This document shows, piece after piece, positions 25,801-41,560 of a stretch of DNA of 64,000 nt. The notes beneath the pieces were generated by a model. The model was not told the origin of the DNA. It saw only the letters and a program-made list of their open reading frames with translations, and did no database searches. Source of the stretch: Eledone cirrhosa. Taxonomy: Eukaryota. The stretch is taken from the NCBI GenBank assembly GCA_964016885.1, contig OZ024741.1, positions 244,590,001 through 244,654,000 of the forward strand, in the 5' to 3' direction. How positions within the stretch are numbered: the stretch's first letter is position 1; each line of letters opens with the position of its first letter. The position numbers were made by a program, and so were the translations under genes.

Positions 25801-28800
25801 ACGGGCGGCCGGCCCGCGATTGAAAAGGTAACTCCGCCAGCAAATCGTCATTTTTTGATTCGTTTTCTTCGAAGCACACCATTCGCCGCCGGACTTTGTT
25901 GACGTTTAACACGGTTTGGTTCCACAGCCACAACTATTGATTTTACGGAGATATCTTGCTGAAATTCACGCCACACATAGCCAATGAGTGTCTGCACATG
26001 TACCAGTAATTACAGATCGATCGGACCACGGGCGGCCGGTTTGCGATTGAAAAGGTAACTCCGCCGGCAAATCGTCATTTTTGGATTCGTTTTCTTCGAA
26101 GCACACCATTCGCCGGCGGACTTTGTTGACGTTTAACACGGTTTGGTTCCACAGCCACAACTATTGATTTTACGGAGATATCTTGCTGAAATTCACGCCA
26201 CACATACCCAATGAGTGTCTGCACATGTACCAGTAATTACAGATCGATCCGCCCACGGGTGGCCGGCCCACGATCTAAAATGTAACTCCGCCGGCAAATC
26301 CGCATTTTTGTGATTAGTTTCTTCGAAGCACACCATTCGCCGCCGGACTTGAGCTTCCTCATTTAGCATGGGCAGCTTTTCTTGAAAATCACACCACACT
26401 CAGCAAATGTGTGTCTGCACATGTACCAGTAATTACAGATCGATCGGACCACGGGCGGCCGGCTCACGATCGAAAAGGTAACTCCGCCGGCAAATCCGCA
26501 TTTTTGTGATTCGTTTCTTCGAAGCACACCATTTGCCGCCGGACTTCAGCTTCCTCATTTAGCATGGGCAGCTTTTCTTGCAAATCACACTACACACAGC
26601 AAATCTGTGTCTGCACATGTACCAGTAACTACAGATCGATCCGACCACGGGCGGCCGGCCCACGATCGAAAAGGTAACTCCGCCGGCAAATCGTCATTTT
26701 TGGATTCGTTTTCTTCGAAGCACACCATTCGCCGGCGGACTTTGTTGACGTTTAACACGGTTTGGTTCCACAGCCACAACTATTGATTTTACGGAGATAT
26801 CTTGCTGGAATTCACGCCACACATACCCAATGAGTGTCTGCACATGTACCAGTAATTACAGATCGATCCGCCCACGGGTGGCCGGCCCACGATCTAAAAT
26901 GTAACTCCGCCGGCAAATCCGCATTTTTGTGATTAGTTTCTTCGAAGCACACCATTCGCCGCCGGACTTGAGCTTCCTCATTTAGCATGGGCAGCTTTTC
27001 TTGAAAATCACACCACACTCAGCAAATGTGTGTCTGCACATGTACCAGTAATTACAGATCGATCGGACCACGGGCGGCCGGCTCACGATCGAAAAGGTAA
27101 CTCCGCCGGCAAATCCGCATTTTTGTGATTCGTTTCTTTGAAGCACACCATTCGCCGCCGGACTTCAGCTTCCTCATTTAGCATGGGCAGCTTTTCTTGC
27201 AAATCACACTACACACAGCAAATCTGTGTCTGCACATGTACCAGTAACTACAGATCGATCCGACCACGGGCGGCCGGCCCACGATCGAAAAGGTAACTCC
27301 GCCGGCAAATCGTCATTTTTGGATTCGTTTTCTTCGAAGCACACCATTCGCCGGCGGACTTTGTTGACGTTTAACACGGTTTGGTTCCACAGCCACAACT
27401 ATTGATTTTACGGAGATATCTTGCTGAAATTCACGCCACACATACCCAATGAGTGTCTGCACATGTACCAGTAATTACAGATCGATCCGCCCACGGGTGG
27501 CCGGCCCACGATCTAAAATGTAACTCCGCCGGCAAATCCGCATTTTTGTGATTAGTTTCTTCGAAGCACACCATTCGCCGCCGGACTTGAGCTTCCTCAT
27601 TTAGCATGGGCAGCTTTTCTTGAAAATCACACCACACTCAGCAAATGTGTGTCTGCACATGTACCAGTAATTACAGATCGATCGGACCACGGGCGGCCGG
27701 CTCACGATCGAAAAGGTAACTCCGCCGGCAAATCCGCATTTTTGTGATTCGTTTCTTCGAAGCACACCATTTGCCGCCGGACTTCAGCTTCCTCATTTAG
27801 CATGGGCAGCTTTTCTTGCAAATCACACTACACACAGCAAATCTGTGTCTGCACATGTACCAGTAACTACAGATCGATCCGACCACGGGCGGCCGGCCCA
27901 CGATCGAAAAGGTAACTCCGCCGGCAAATCGTCATTTTTGGATTCGTTTTCTTCGAAGCACACCATTCGCCGGCGGACTTTGTTGACGTTTAACACGGTT
28001 TGGTTCCACAGCCACAACTATTGATTTTACGGAGATATCTTGCTGGAATTCACGCCACACATACCCAATGAGTCTCTGCACATGTACCAGTAATTACAGA
28101 TCGATCCGCCCACGGTTGGCCGGCCCACGATCTAAAATGTAACTCCGCCGGCAAATCCGCATTTTTGTGATTAGTTTCTTCGAAGCACACCATTCGCCGC
28201 CGGACTTGAGCTTCCTCATTTAGCATGGGCAGCTTTTCTTGAAAATCACACCACACTCAGCAAATGTGTGTCTGCACATGTACCAGTAATTACAGATCGA
28301 TCGGACCACGGGCGGCCGGCTCACGATCGAAAAGGTAACTCCGCCGGCAAATCCGCATTTTTGTGATTCGTTTCTTCGAAGCACACCATTCGCCGCCGGA
28401 CTTCAGCTTCCTCATTTAGCATGGGCAGCTTTTCTTGCAAATCACACTACACACAGCAAATCTGTGTCTGCACATGTACCAGTAACTACAGATCGATCCG
28501 ACCACGGGCGGCCGGCCCGCGATTGAAAAGGTAACTCCGCCAGCAAATCGTCATTTTTTTATTCGTTTTCTTCGAAGCACACCATTCGCCGGCGGACTTT
28601 GTTGACGTTTAACACGGTTTGGTTCCACAGCCACAACTATTGATTTTACGGAGATATCTTGCTGAAATTCACGCCACACATACCCAATGAGTGTCTGCAC
28701 ATGTACCAGTAATTACAGATCGATCCGCCCACGGGTGGCCGGCCCACGATCTAAAATGTAACTCCGCCGGCAAATCCGCATTTTTGTGATTAGTTTCTTC

Positions 28801-29580
28801 GAAGCACACCATTCGCCGCCGGACTTGAGCTTCCTCATTTAGCATGGGCAGCTTTTCTTGAAAATCACACCACACTCAGCAAATGTGCGTCTGCACATGT
28901 ACCAGTAATTACAGATCGATCGGACCACGGGCGGCCGGCTCACGATCGAAAAGGTAACTCCGCCGGCAAATCCGCATTTTTGTGATTCGTTTCTTCGAAG
29001 CACACCATTCGCCGCCGGACTTCAGCTTCCTCATTTAGCATGGGCAGCTTTTCTTGCAAATCACACTACACACAGCAAATCTGTGTCTGCACATGTACCA
29101 GTAACTACAGATCGATCCGACCACGGGCGGCCGGCCCACGATCGAAAAGGTAACTCCGCCGGCAAATCGTCATTTTTGGATTCGTTTTCTTCGAAGCACA
29201 CCATTCGCCGGCGGACTTTGTTGACGTTTAACACGGTTTGGTTCCACAGCCACAACTATTGATTTTACGGAGATATCTTGCTGAAATTCACGCCACACAT
29301 ACCCAATGAGTGTCTGCACATGTACCAGTAAATACAGATCGATCCGCCCAAGGGTGGCCGGCCCACGATCTAAAATGTAACTCCGCCGGCAAATCCGCAT
29401 TTTTGTGATTAGTTTCTTCGAAGCACACCATTCGCCGCCGGACTTGAGCTTCCTCATTTAGCATGGGCAGCTTTTCTTGAAAATCACACCACACTCAGCA
29501 AATGTGTGTCTGCACATGTACCAGTAATTACAGATCGATCGGACCACGGGCGGCCGGCTCACGATCGAAAAGGTAACTCC
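17990..29580. repeat. Tandem duplication, period 5798 bp (28 monomers); approximate bounds
   Basis: F 18311/24109, D 18734/24532, E 20168/25966, A variants 22252/28050 and 23490/29288, and aatgtgcgtc at ~23090/~28888. 5798=18x196+10x227. Confidence 0.86.
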
Positions 29581-32500
29581 GCCGGCAAATCCGCATTTTT
29601 GTGATTCGTTTCTTCGAAGCACACCATTCGCCGCCGGACTTCAGCTTCTTCATTTAGCATGGGCAGCTTTTCTTGCAAATCACACTACACACAGCAAATC
29701 TGTGTCTGCACATGTACCAGTAACTACAGATCGATCCGACCACGGGCGGCCGGCCCGCGATTGAAAAGGTAACTCCGCCAGCAAATCGTCATTTTTTGAT
29801 TCGTTTTCTTCGAAGCACACCATTCGCCGCCGGACTTTGTTGACGTTTAACACGGTTTGGTTCCACAGCCACAACTATTGATTTTACGGAGATATCTTGC
29901 TGAAATTCACGCCACACATAGCCAATGAGTGTCTGCACATGTACCAGTAATTACAGATCGATCGGACCACGGGCGGCCGGTTTGCGATTGAAAAGGTAAC
30001 TCCGCCGGCAAATCGTCATTTTTGGATTCGTTTTCTTCGAAGCACACCATTCGCCGGCGGACTTTGTTGACGTTTAACACGGTTTGGTTCCACAGCCACA
30101 ACTATTGATTTTACGGAGATATCTTGCTGAAATTCACGCCACACATACCCAATGAGTGTCTGCACATGTACCAGTAATTACAGATCGATCCGCCCACGGG
30201 TGGCCGGCCCACGATCTAAAATGTAACTCCGCCGGCAAATCCGCATTTTTGTGATTAGTTTCTTCGAAGCACACCATTCGCCGCCGGACTTGAGCTTCCT
30301 CATTTAGCATGGGCAGCTTTTCTTGAAAATCACACCACACTCAGCAAATGTGTGTCTGCACATGTACCAGTAATTACAGATCGATCGGACCACGGGCGGC
30401 CGGCTCACGATCGAAAAGGTAACTCCGCCGGCAAATCCGCATTTTTGTGATTCGTTTCTTCGAAGCACACCATTTGCCGCCGGACTTCAGCTTCCTCATT
30501 TAGCATGGGCAGCTTTTCTTGCAAATCACACTACACACAGCAAATCTGTGTCTGCACATGTACCAGTAACTACAGATCGATCCGACCACGGGCGGCCGGC
30601 CCACGATCGAAAAGGTAACTCCGCCGGCAAATCGTCATTTTTGGATTCGTTTTCTTCGAAGCACACCATTCGCCGGCGGACTTTGTTGACGTTTAACACG
30701 GTTTGGTTCCACAGCCACAACTATTGATTTTACGGAGATATCTTGCTGGAATTCACGCCACACATACCCAATGAGTGTCTGCACATGTACCAGTAATTAC
30801 AGATCGATCCGCCCACGGGTGGCCGGCCCACGATCTAAAATGTAACTCCGCCGGCAAATCCGCATTTTTGTGATTAGTTTCTTCGAAGCACACCATTCGC
30901 CGCCGGACTTGAGCTTCCTCATTTAGCATGGGCAGCTTTTCTTGAAAATCACACCACACTCAGCAAATGTGTGTCTGCACATGTACCAGTAATTACAGAT
31001 CGATCGGACCACGGGCGGCCGGCTCACGATCGAAAAGGTAACTCCGCCGGCAAATCCGCATTTTTGTGATTCGTTTCTTTGAAGCACACCATTCGCCGCC
31101 GGACTTCAGCTTCCTCATTTAGCATGGGCAGCTTTTCTTGCAAATCACACTACACACAGCAAATCTGTGTCTGCACATGTACCAGTAACTACAGATCGAT
31201 CCGACCACGGGCGGCCGGCCCACGATCGAAAAGGTAACTCCGCCGGCAAATCGTCATTTTTGGATTCGTTTTCTTCGAAGCACACCATTCGCCGGCGGAC
31301 TTTGTTGACGTTTAACACGGTTTGGTTCCACAGCCACAACTATTGATTTTACGGAGATATCTTGCTGGAATTCACGCCACACATACCCAATGAGTGTCTG
31401 CACATGTACCAGTAATTACAGATCGATCCGCCCACGGGTGGCCGGCCCACGATCTAAAATGTAACTCCGCCGGCAAATCCGCATTTTTGTGATTAGTTTC
31501 TTCGAAGCACACCATTCGCCGCCGGACTTGAGCTTCCTCATTTAGCATGGGCAGCTTTTCTTGAAAATCACACCACACTCAGCAAATGTGTGTCTGCACA
31601 TGTACCAGTAATTACAGATCGATCGGACCACGGGCGGCCGGCTCACGATCGAAAAGGTAACTCCGCCGGCAAATCCGCATTTTTGTGATTCGTTTCTTTG
31701 AAGCACACCATTCGCCGCCGGACTTCAGCTTCCTCATTTAGCATGGGCAGCTTTTCTTGCAAATCACACTACACACAGCAAATCTGTGTCTGCACATGTA
31801 CCAGTAACTACAGATCGATCCGACCACGGGCGGCCGGCCCACGATCGAAAAGGTAACTCCGCCGGCAAATCGTCATTTTTGGATTCGTTTTCTTCGAAGC
31901 ACACCATTCGCCGGCGGACTTTGTTGACGTTTAACACGGTTTGGTTCCACAGCCACAACTATTGATTTTACGGAGATATCTTGCTGAAATTCACGCCACA
32001 CATACCCAATGAGTGTCTGCACATGTACCAGTAAATACAGATCGATCCGCCCAAGGGTGGCCGGCCCACGATCTAAAATGTAACTCCGCCGGCAAATCCG
32101 CATTTTTGTGATTAGTTTCTTCGAAGCACACCATTCGCCGCCGGACTTGAGCTTCCTCATTTAGCATGGGCAGCTTTTCTTGAAAATCACACCACACTCA
32201 GCAAATGTGTGTCTGCACATGTACCAGTAATTACAGATCGATCGGACCACGGGCGGCCGGCTCACGATCGAAAAGGTAACTCCGCCGGCAAATCCGCATT
32301 TTTGTGATTCGTTTCTTCGAAGCACACCATTCGCCGCCGGACTTCAGCTTCTTCATTTAGCATGGGCAGCTTTTCTTGCAAATCACACTACACACAGCAA
32401 ATCTGTGTCTGCACATGTACCAGTAACTACAGATCGATCCGACCACGGGCGGCCGGCCCGCGATTGAAAAGGTAACTCCGCCAGCAAATCGTCATTTTTT

Positions 32501-35500
32501 GATTCGTTTTCTTCGAAGCACACCATTCGCCGCCGGACTTTGTTGACGTTTAACACGGTTTGGTTCCACAGCCACAACTATTGATTTTACGGAGATATCT
32601 TGCTGAAATTCACGCCACACATAGCCAATGAGTGTCTGCACATGTACCAGTAATTACAGATCGATCGGACCACGGGCGGCCGGTTTGCGATTGAAAAGGT
32701 AACTCCGCCGGCAAATCGTCATTTTTGGATTCGTTTTCTTCGAAGCACACCATTCGCCGGCGGACTTTGTTGACGTTTAACACGGTTTGGTTCCACAGCC
32801 ACAACTATTGATTTTACGGAGATATCTTGCTGAAATTCACGCCACACATACCCAATGAGTGTCTGCACATGTACCAGTAATTACAGATCGATCCGCCCAC
32901 GGGTGGCCGGCCCACGATCTAAAATGTAACTCCGCCGGCAAATCCGCATTTTTGTGATTAGTTTCTTCGAAGCACACCATTCGCCGCCGGACTTGAGCTT
33001 CCTCATTTAGCATGGGCAGCTTTTCTTGAAAATCACACCACACTCAGCAAATGTGTGTCTGCACATGTACCAGTAATTACAGATCGATCGGACCACGGGC
33101 GGCCGGCTCACGATCGAAAAGGTAACTCCGCCGGCAAATCCGCATTTTTGTGATTCGTTTCTTCGAAGCACACCATTCGCCGCCGGACTTCAGCTTCCTC
33201 ATTTAGCATGGGCAGCTTTTCTTGCAAATCACACTACACACAGCAAATCTGTGTCTGCACATGTACCAGTAACTACAGATCGATCCGACCACGGGCGGCC
33301 GGCCCGCGATTGAAAAGGTAACTCCGCCAGCAAATCGTCATTTTTTTATTCGTTTTCTTCGAAGCACACCATTCGCCGGCGGACTTTGTTGACGTTTAAC
33401 ACGGTTTGGTTCCACAGCCACAACTATTGATTTTACGGAGATATCTTGCTGAAATTCACGCCACACATACCCAATGAGTGTCTGCACATGTACCAGTAAT
33501 TACAGATCGATCCGCCCACGGGTGGCCGGCCCACGATCTAAAATGTAACTCCGCCGGCAAATCCGCATTTTTGTGATTAGTTTCTTCGAAGCACACCATT
33601 CGCCGCCGGACTTGAGCTTCCTCATTTAGCATGGGCAGCTTTTCTTGAAAATCACACCACACTCAGCAAATGTGCGTCTGCACATGTACCAGTAATTACA
33701 GATCGATCGGACCACGGGCGGCCGGCTCACGATCGAAAAGGTAACTCCGCCGGCAAATCCGCATTTTTGTGATTCGTTTCTTCGAAGCACACCATTCGCC
33801 GCCGGACTTCAGCTTCCTCATTTAGCATGGGCAGCTTTTCTTGCAAATCACACTACACACAGCAAATCTGTGTCTGCACATGTACCAGTAACTACAGATC
33901 GATCTGACCACGGGCGGCCGGCCCACGATCGAAAAGGTAACTCCGCCGGCAAATCGTCATTTTTGGATTCGTTTTCTTCGAAGCACACCATTCGCCGGCG
34001 GACTTTGTTGACGTTTAACACGGTTTGGTTCCACAGCCACAACTATTGATTTTACGGAGATATCTTGCTGAAATTCACGCCACACATACCCAATGAGTGT
34101 CTGCACATGTACCAGTAAATACAGATCGATCCGCCCAAGGGTGGCCGGCCCACGATCTAAAATGTAACTCCGCCGGCAAATCCGCATTTTTGTGATTAGT
34201 TTCTTCGAAGCACACCATTCGCCGCCGGACTTGAGCTTCCTCATTTAGCATGGGCAGCTTTTCTTGAAAATCACACCACACTCAGCAAATGTGTGTCTGC
34301 ACATGTACCAGTAATTACAGATCGATCGGACCACGGGCGGCCGGCTCACGATCGAAAAGGTAACTCCGCCGGCAAATCCGCATTTTTGTGATTCGTTTCT
34401 TCGAAGCACACCATTCGCCGCCGGACTTCAGCTTCTTCATTTAGCATGGGCAGCTTTTCTTGCAAATCACACTACACACAGCAAATCTGTGTCTGCACAT
34501 GTACCAGTAACTACAGATCGATCCGACCACGGGCGGCCGGCCCGCGATTGAAAAGGTAACTCCGCCAGCAAATCGTCATTTTTTGATTCGTTTTCTTCGA
34601 AGCACACCATTCGCCGCCGGACTTTGTTGACGTTTAACACGGTTTGGTTCCACAGCCACAACTATTGATTTTACGGAGATATCTTGCTGAAATTCACGCC
34701 ACACATAGCCAATGAGTGTCTGCACATGTACCAGTAATTACAGATCGATCGGACCACGGGCGGCCGGTTTGCGATTGAAAAGGTAACTCCGCCGGCAAAT
34801 CGTCATTTTTGGATTCGTTTTCTTCGAAGCACACCATTCGCCGGCGGACTTTGTTGACGTTTAACACGGTTTGGTTCCACAGCCACAACTATTGATTTTA
34901 CGGAGATATCTTGCTGAAATTCACGCCACACATACCCAATGAGTGTCTGCACATGTACCAGTAATTACAGATCGATCCGCCCACGGGTGGCCGGCCCACG
35001 ATCTGAAATGTAACTCCGCCGGCAAATCCGCATTTTTGTGATTAGTTTCTTCGAAGCACACCATTCGCCGCCGGACTTGAGCTTCCTCATTTAGCATGGG
35101 CAGCTTTTCTTGAAAATCACACCACACTCAGCAAATGTGTGTCTGCACATGTACCAGTAATTACAGATCGATCGGACCACGGGCGGCCGGCTCACGATCG
35201 AAAAGGTAACTCCGCCGGCAAATCCGCATTTTTGTGATTCGTTTCTTCGAAGCACACCATTTGCCGCCGGACTTCAGCTTCCTCATTTAGCATGGGCAGC
35301 TTTTCTTGCAAATCACACTACACACAGCAAATCTGTGTCTGCACATGTACCAGTAACTACAGATCGATCCGACCACGGGCGGCCGGCCCACGATCGAAAA
35401 GGTAACTCCGCCGGCAAATCGTCATTTTTGGATTCGTTTTCTTCGAAGCACACCATTCGCCGGCGGACTTTGTTGACGTTTAACACGGTTTGGTTCCACA

Positions 35501-37960
35501 GCCACAACTATTGATTTTACGGAGATATCTTGCTGGAATTCACGCCACACATACCCAATGAGTGTCTGCACATGTACCAGTAATTACAGATCGATCCGCC
35601 CACGGGTGGCCGGCCCACGATCTAAAATGTAACTCCGCCGGCAAATCCGCATTTTTGTGATTAGTTTCTTCGAAGCACACCATTCGCCGCCGGACTTGAG
35701 CTTCCTCATTTAGCATGGGCAGCTTTTCTTGAAAATCACACCACACTCAGCAAATGTGTGTCTGCACATGTACCAGTAATTACAGATCGATCGGACCACG
35801 GGCGGCCGGCTCACGATCGAAAAGGTAACTCCGCCGGCAAATCCGCATTTTTGTGATTGGTTTCTTTGAAGCACACCATTCGCCGCCGGACTTCAGCTTC
35901 CTCATTTAGCATGGGCAGCTTTTCTTGCAAATCACACTACACACAGCAAATCTGTGTCTGCACATGTACCAGTAACTACAGATCGATCCGACCACGGGCG
36001 GCCGGCCCACGATCGAAAAGGTAACTCCGCCGGCAAATCGTCATTTTTGGATTCGTTTTCTTCGAAGCACACCATTCGCCGGCGGACTTTGTTGACGTTT
36101 AACACGGTTTGGTTCCACAGCCACAACTATTGATTTTACGGAGATATCTTGCTGGAATTCACGCCACACATACCCAATGAGTGTCTGCACATGTACCAGT
36201 AATTACAGATCGATCCGCCCACGGGTGGCCGGCCCACGATCTAAAATGTAACTCCGCCGGCAAATCCGCATTTTTGTGATTAGTTTCTTCGAAGCACACC
36301 ATTCGCCGCCGGACTTGAGCTTCCTCATTTAGCATGGGCAGCTTTTCTTGAAAATCACACCACACTCAGCAAATGTGTGTCTGCACATGTACCAGTAATT
36401 ACAGATCGATCGGACCACGGGCGGCCGGCTCACGATCGAAAAGGTAACTCCGCCGGCAAATCCGCATTTTTGTGATTCGTTTCTTTGAAGCACACCATTC
36501 GCCGCCGGACTTCAGCTTCCTCATTTAGCATGGGCAGCTTTTCTTGCAAATCACACTACACACAGCAAATCTGTGTCTGCACATGTACCAGTAACTACAG
36601 ATCGATCCGACCACGGGCGGCCGGCCCACGATCGAAAAGGTAACTCCGCCGGCAAATCGTCATTTTTGGATTCGTTTTCTTCGAAGCACACCATTCGCCG
36701 GCGGACTTTGTTGACGTTTAACACGGTTTGGTTCCACAGCCACAACTATTGATTTTACGGAGATATCTTGCTGAAATTCACGCCACACATACCCAATGAG
36801 TGTCTGCACATGTACCAGTAAATACAGATCGATCCGCCCAAGGGTGGCCGGCCCACGATCTAAAATGTAACTCCGCCGGCAAATCCGCATTTTTGTGATT
36901 AGTTTCTTCGAAGCACACCATTCGCCGCCGGACTTGAGCTTCCTCATTTAGCATGGGCAGCTTTTCTTGAAAATCACACCACACTCAGCAAATGTGTGTC
37001 TGCACATGTACCAGTAATTACAGATCGATCGGACCACGGGCGGCCGGCTCACGATCGAAAAGGTAACTCCGCCGGCAAATCCGCATTTTTGTGATTCGTT
37101 TCTTCGAAGCACACCATTCGCCGCCGGACTTCAGCTTCTTCATTTAGCATGGGCAGCTTTTCTTGCAAATCACACTACACACAGCAAATCTGTGTCTGCA
37201 CATGTACCAGTAACTACAGATCGATCCGACCACGGGCGGCCGGCCCGCGATTGAAAAGGTAACTCCGCCAGCAAATCGTCATTTTTTGATTCGTTTTCTT
37301 CGAAGCACACCATTCGCCGCCGGACTTTGTTGACGTTTAACACGGTTTGGTTCCACAGCCACAACTATTGATTTTACGGAGATATCTTGCTGAAATTCAC
37401 GCCACACATAGCCAATGAGTGTCTGCACATGTACCAGTAATTACAGATCGATCGGACCACGGGCGGCCGGTTTGCGATTGAAAAGGTAACTCCGCCGGCA
37501 AATCGTCATTTTTGGATTCGTTTTCTTCGAAGCACACCATTCGCCGGCGGACTTTGTTGACGTTTAACACGGTTTGGTTCCACAGCCACAACTATTGATT
37601 TTACGGAGATATCTTGCTGAAATTCACGCCACACATACCCAATGAGTGTCTGCACATGTACCAGTAATTACAGATCGATCCGCCCACGGGTGGCCGGCCC
37701 ACGATCTAAAATGTAACTCCGCCGGCAAATCCGCATTTTTGTGATTAGTTTCTTCGAAGCACACCATTCGCCGCCGGACTTGAGCTTCCTCATTTAGCAT
37801 GGGCAGCTTTTCTTGAAAATCACACCACACTCAGCAAATGTGTGTCTGCACATGTACCAGTAATTACAGATCGATCGGACCACGGGCGGCCGGCTCACGA
37901 TCGAAAAGGTAACTCCGCCGGCAAATCCGCATTTTTGTGATTCGTTTCTTCGAAGCACAC
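28120..37960. repeat. Tandem duplication, period 4787 bp (23 monomers); approximate bounds
   Basis: A 28669/33456 followed by the gtgcgt-type B, A variants 29288/34075 and 31991/36778, E 29907/34694 and 32610/37397. 4787=14x196+9x227. Confidence 0.8.
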
Positions 37961-40900
37961 CATTTGCCGCCGGACTTCAGCTTCCTCATTTAGCATGGGC
38001 AGCTTTTCTTGCAAATCACACTACACACAGCAAATCTGTGTCTGCACATGTACCAGTAACTACAGATCGATCCGACCACGGGCGGCCGGCCCACGATCGA
38101 AAAGGTAACTCCGCCGGCAAATCGTCATTTTTGGATTCGTTTTCTTCGAAGCACACCATTCGCCGGCGGACTTTGTTGACGTTTAACACGGTTTGGTTCC
38201 ACAGCCACAACTATTGATTTTACGGAGATATCTTGCTGGAATTCACGCCACACATACCCAATGAGTGTCTGCACATGTACCAGTAATTACAGATCGATCC
38301 GCCCACGGGTGGCCGGCCCACGATCTAAAATGTAACTCCGCCGGCAAATCCGCATTTTTGTGATTAGTTTCTTCGAAGCACACCATTCGCCGCCGGACTT
38401 GAGCTTCCTCATTTAGCATGGGCAGCTTTTCTTGAAAATCACACCACACTCAGCAAATGTGTGTCTGCACATGTACCAGTAATTACAGATCGATCGGACC
38501 ACGGGCGGCCGGCTCACGATCGAAAAGGTAACTCCGCCGGCAAATCCGCATTTTTGTGATTCGTTTCTTTGAAGCACACCATTCGCCGCCGGACTTCAGC
38601 TTCCTCATTTAGCATGGGCAGCTTTTCTTGCAAATCACACTACACACAGCAAATCTGTGTCTGCACATGTACCAGTAACTACAGATCGATCCGACCACGG
38701 GCGGCCGGCCCACGATCGAAAAGGTAACTCCGCCGGCAAATCGTCATTTTTGGATTCGTTTTCTTCGAAGCACACCATTCGCCGGCGGACTTTGTTGACG
38801 TTTAACACGGTTTGGTTCCACAGCCACAACTATTGATTTTACGGAGATATCTTGCTGGAATTCACGCCACACATACCCAATGAGTGTCTGCACATGTACC
38901 AGTAATTACAGATCGATCCGCCCACGGGTGGCCGGCCCACGATCTAAAATGTAACTCCGCCGGCAAATCCGCATTTTTGTGATTAGTTTCTTCGAAGCAC
39001 ACCATTCGCCGCCGGACTTGAGCTTCCTCATTTAGCATGGGCAGCTTTTCTTGAAAATCACACCACACTCAGCAAATGTGTGTCTGCACATGTACCAGTA
39101 ATTACAGATCGATCGGACCACGGGCGGCCGGCTCACGATCGAAAAGGTAACTCCGCCGGCAAATCCGCATTTTTGTGATTCGTTTCTTTGAAGCACACCA
39201 TTCGCCGCCGGACTTCAGCTTCCTCATTTAGCATGGGCAGCTTTTCTTGCAAATCACACTACACACAGCAAATCTGTGTCTGCACATGTACCAGTAACTA
39301 CAGATCGATCCGACCACGGGCGGCCGGCCCACGATCGAAAAGGTAACTCCGCCGGCAAATCGTCATTTTTGGATTCGTTTTCTTCGAAGCACACCATTCG
39401 CCGGCGGACTTTGTTGACGTTTAACACGGTTTGGTTCCACAGCCACAACTATTGATTTTACGGAGATATCTTGCTGAAATTCACGCCACACATACCCAAT
39501 GAGTGTCTGCACATGTACCAGTAAATACAGATCGATCCGTCCAAGGGTGGCCGGCCCACGATCTAAAATGTAACTCCGCCGGCAAATCCGCATTTTTGTG
39601 ATTAGTTTCTTCGAAGCACACCATTCGCCGCCGGACTTGAGCTTCCTCATTTAGCATGGGCAGCTTTTCTTGAAAATCACACCACACTCAGCAAATGTGT
39701 GTCTGCACATGTACCAGTAATTACAGATCGATCGGACCACGGGCGGCCGGCTCACGATCGAAAAGGTAACTCCGCCGGCAAATCCGCATTTTTGTGATTC
39801 GTTTCTTCGAAGCACACCATTCGCCGCCGGACTTCAGCTTCTTCATTTAGCATGGGCAGCTTTTCTTGCAAATCACACTACACACAGCAAATCTGTGTCT
39901 GCACATGTACCAGTAACTACAGATCGATCCGACCACGGGCGGCCGGCCCGCGATTGAAAAGGTAACTCCGCCAGCAAATCGTCATTTTTTGATTCGTTTT
40001 CTTCGAAGCACACCATTCGCCGCCGGACTTTGTTGACGTTTAACACGGTTTGGTTCCACAGCCACAACTATTGATTTTACGGAGATATCTTGCTGAAATT
40101 CACGCCACACATAGCCAATGAGTGTCTGCACATGTACCAGTAATTACAGATCGATCGGACCACGGGCGGCCGGTTTGCGATTGAAAAGGTAACTCCGCCG
40201 GCAAATCGTCATTTTTGGATTCGTTTTCTTCGAAGCACACCATTCGCCGGCGGACTTTGTTGACGTTTAACACGGTTTGGTTCCACAGCCACAACTATTG
40301 ATTTTACGGAGATATCTTGCTGAAATTCACGCCACACATACCCAATGAGTGTCTGCACATGTACCAGTAATTACAGATCGATCCGCCCACGGGTGGCCGG
40401 CCCACGATCTAAAATGTAACTCCGCCGGCAAATCCGCATTTTTGTGATTAGTTTCTTCGAAGCACACCATTCGCCGCCGGACTTGAGCTTCCTCATTTAG
40501 CATGGGCAGCTTTTCTTGAAAATCACACCACACTCAGCAAATGTGTGTCTGCACATGTACCAGTAATTACAGATCGATCGGACCACGGGCGGCCGGCTCA
40601 CGATCGAAAAGGTAACTCCGCCGGCAAATCCGCATTTTTGTGATTCGTTTCTTCGAAGCACACCATTTGCCGCCGGACTTCAGCTTCCTCATTTAGCATG
40701 GGCAGCTTTTCTTGCAAATCACACTACACACAGCAAATCTGTGTCTGCACATGTACCAGTAACTACAGATCGATCCGACCACGGGCGGCCGGCCCACGAT
40801 CGAAAAGGTAACTCCGCCGGCAAATCGTCATTTTTGGATTCGTTTTCTTCGAAGCACACCATTCGCCGGCGGACTTTGTTGACGTTTAACACGGTTTGGT

Positions 40901-41560
40901 TCCACAGCCACAACTATTGATTTTACGGAGATATCTTGCTGGAATTCACGCCACACATACCCAATGAGTGTCTGCACATGTACCAGTAATTACAGATCGA
41001 TCCGCCCACGGGTGGCCGGCCCACGATCTAAAATGTAACTCCGCCGGCAAATCCGCATTTTTGTGATTAGTTTCTTCGAAGCACACCATTCGCCGCCGGA
41101 CTTGAGCTTCCTCATTTAGCATGGGCAGCTTTTCTTGAAAATCACACCACACTCAGCAAATGTGTGTCTGCACATGTACCAGTAATTACAGATCGATCGG
41201 ACCACGGGCGGCCGGCTCACGATCGAAAAGGTAACTCCGCCGGCAAATCCGCATTTTTGTGATTCGTTTCTTTGAAGCACACCATTCGCCGCCGGACTTC
41301 AGCTTCCTCATTTAGCATGGGCAGCTTTTCTTGCAAATCACACTACACACAGCAAATCTGTGTCTGCACATGTACCAGTAACTACAGATCGATCCGACCA
41401 CGGGCGGCCGGCCCACGATCGAAAAGGTAACTCCGCCGGCAAATCGTCATTTTTGGATTCGTTTTCTTCGAAGCACACCATTCGCCGGCGGACTTTGTTG
41501 ACGTTTAACACGGTTTGGTTCCACAGCCACAACTATTGATTTTACGGAGATATCTTGCTG
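34075..41560. repeat. 13-monomer higher-order repeat, period 2703 bp, about 2.8 copies (also seen at 29288-33170)
   Basis: E at 34694, 37397 and 40100, and at 29907/32610. gtaaatac A variant at 34075, 36778 and 39481. 2703=8x196+5x227. Confidence 0.87.
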
